NCBI GenBank assembly: GCA_963832745.1
Contig: CAWHVC010000005.1
Span: forward strand, 128,001 to 192,000
Direction of reading: 5' to 3'
Source: Candidatus Bathyarchaeota archaeon
GTDB lineage: Archaea; Thermoproteota; Bathyarchaeia; Bathyarchaeales; Bathycorpusculaceae
DNA length: 64,000 bases
Position 1 is the first letter of the stretch. Every line of letters begins with the position of its first letter. This document shows positions 62,352 through 64,000 of this stretch, piece after piece. A program made the translations under genes and the position numbers. The notes below the pieces were generated by a model that had not been told where the DNA came from, made no database searches, and saw only the letters and a list, made by a program, of their open reading frames with translations.

Positions 62352-62578
62352 TTTGTTTACTGATTTTTTAGTTCGAAAATTTTTTATAGACAGAGTGGTT
62401 GACGGAAGTCTTCACGCAGAGCTATGCTACGGTCTGAAACGTATTTTGCTTTTCAGTGCAGTCTTTGCTGTTCTATGTTGTTAACCAACCTATTTGGCGT
62501 CTATTAGGAGCCTATTAGGATTCAAATAACAGTTCTATGAAAAAACCTATAGAGGGTAGGTCAGTAATGACCCTTTTC
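62352..62578 (-). repeat. Dispersed non-coding repeat, copy D (long, with two extra 11-bp units)
   Basis: Reverse complement aligns with copy A; tandem CTATTAGGA at 62501-62520. Confidence 0.85.
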
Positions 62579-62604
62579 ACCCATCAAATTGCTTAAAGCA
62601 CCAG

Positions 62605-63708
62605 TTAGACCCTTTCAGCAAAAACATTCAAAACAGTTGGACTAAAAGTGACATATACTTTGTCACCGACAGTAACGCCCAAGCTTTTAATCACAATAAA
62701 GGCGATTCTTGCTTTTATTAAAAAGCCCACGTCGATTGTGACTTGTGCGGTGGAACGCATCTGCACCATTTCCGCGATTACTCCCTGAAGGCAATTTACT
62801 TTTTCATCAGCATCAGAGGGAGCAACTGGTTGGGTTGTAAGCGTAATGTCTTCAGTTTTCAACGTGACGACCACGTTTTTGTCTTCCAAGTCTGAAGATG
62901 CAGTTGAAAGCATTTGCACACCGTTAACTTCAACTATTAAAAACCCCGCCACCATTTTGCATGCTTTTCCAGAATAAGCGTTTATGCCCAAAAATCGTGC
63001 AACATAAATTGAGGCAGGTTTATCAAAAATTTCTGTTCTGCCGCCGACTTGTTCAATGTGTCCATTGCCCATTACGGCGATTTTGTCTGACATAACAAAT
63101 GCTTCACTCAAATTATGCGTGACGTAAATCGCTGTCATTTTTAGAGTTTGTAAATAATTTTTAAGCTCCAAACGGAAAGATTCTCGAAGCTGCGGGTCAA
63201 CAGCTGAAACTGGCTCATCAAGTAGCAACACCTGAGGTTCAGTAGCCAACGACCTTGCCAAAGCAGCACGTTGCTTCTGTCCACCGCTTAGTTGATGGGG
63301 ATAAAACCGTGCATATTCACCAAGCCCAATAAAGTCAAGCAGTCCTCGGGTTCTTTTTTTGATTTCCTGCTTTGATAGATGCAGGCCTTTTAAACCGAAA
63401 GCTATGTTGTCTTCAATTCGCATATGTGGAAACAGGGAAATAGTTTGGAAAACGTAGCCGATTTTGCGTTCAGATGGATTAAGGTAAACTCTTTTTTCAC
63501 CTTTTTGTCCATCAACTAAAACGCTGTCGATGTAAATGTCGCCCCTGTCAGCAGATGTCAAGCCGGCAATCATGTTTAGAAGTGTGCTTTTTCCTGCACC
63601 GTTTGGGCCAAGCAAAGTTAGGATTTCATGTTTCTCAACAGTTAAATCTAGATTTTGAATAACCTTTTTCTCACCGAACGATTTTGAAAGACCCTGTATG
63701 GTTATCAT
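62605..63708 (-). CDS. ABC ATPase with C-terminal TOBE domain (molybdate/tungstate-type)
   Basis: GPNGAGKST, LSGGQKQR, LLLDEP; follows a ModB-like permease. Confidence 0.9.
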   Translation of the reverse strand: MITIQGLSKSFGEKKVIQNLDLTVEKHEILTLLGPNGAGKSTLLNMIAGLTSADRGDIYIDSVLVDGQKGEKRVYLNPSERKIGYVFQTISLFPHMRIEDNIAFGLKGLHLSKQEIKKRTRGLLDFIGLGEYARFYPHQLSGGQKQRAALARSLATEPQVLLLDEPVSAVDPQLRESFRLELKNYLQTLKMTAIYVTHNLSEAFVMSDKIAVMGNGHIEQVGGRTEIFDKPASIYVARFLGINAYSGKACKMVAGFLIVEVNGVQMLSTASSDLEDKNVVVTLKTEDITLTTQPVAPSDADEKVNCLQGVIAEMVQMRSTAQVTIDVGFLIKARIAFIVIKSLGVTVGDKVYVTFSPTVLNVFAERV

Positions 63709-64000
63709 TGTTTTTTGGCTCCAAACTTTTTCTGTTCCAGCACTTTTATGGCGATTATTACAGAGAAGGATATGGCAATCAGTATTGTTGAGAGCATTAC
63801 GCCAGCGAGTGGGTCTGAATTCATCAACGTGTAGATTGCAAGAGGCATTGTTTGTGTTATTCCTGGTAGGTTACCGGCGAACATTATGGTGGCTCCAAAT
63901 TCGCCCATAGCTCTTGCCCAAGTTAACATTATTCCTGAAATAAGAACTCTCATTGACAAAGGCAACGTAATTGCAAAGAATACTCGAAAACGTGAGCCTG
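63705..64000 (-). CDS. Molybdate/tungstate ABC permease (ModB/WtpB-like), 5' end outside the window
   Basis: WARAMGEFGATIMFAGNLPG.TQTMPLAIY. Confidence 0.9.
   Translation of the reverse strand, partial: GSRFRVFFAITLPLSMRVLISGIMLTWARAMGEFGATIMFAGNLPGITQTMPLAIYTLMNSDPLAGVMLSTILIAISFSVIIAIKVLEQKKFGAKKQ

Noticed and set aside
604-63910. Many short antisense or nested ORFs in the track (e.g. 7851-8459, 8880-9368, 16339-16809, 33626-34012)
   Set aside because: They overlap well-supported genes and lack recognisable motifs; treated as shadow ORFs.

Overview
Archaeal chromosomal window of roughly 40% GC by eye. It is probably Candidatus Bathyarchaeia; this is inferred from TrmB and winged-HTH regulators, archaeal-type AsnRS and ApgM, a PEF-CTERM protein and expanded PQQ-like beta-propeller surface proteins. 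Most of it is housekeeping, metabolic and transport genes: dnaJ, acs with satP, a P-type ATPase, rbr, ABC systems, asnS, pyrG, rnhA, fba, apgM and a partial Mo/W ABC operon. No rRNA, tRNA or CRISPR array was seen. Main unexplained structure: (1) an orphan copy of the last 17 codons plus stop of asnS, differing only at synonymous sites, lies about 1 kb downstream of the gene and brackets one PEF-CTERM surface-protein gene, which looks like a gene-capture scar; (2) a dispersed non-coding repeat with 11-12 bp periodic ATAG(G) sub-units occurs four times (27.1, 30.5, 51.7, 62.4 kb), and two copies flank a defence-like islet as direct repeats; (3) a candidate box C/D sRNA at 61.4 kb; (4) three tandem ~860-aa beta-propeller surface proteins; (5) a frameshifted tyrosine recombinase at the left edge. 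Several small frameshifts, many in homopolymer runs, probably reflect assembly error.
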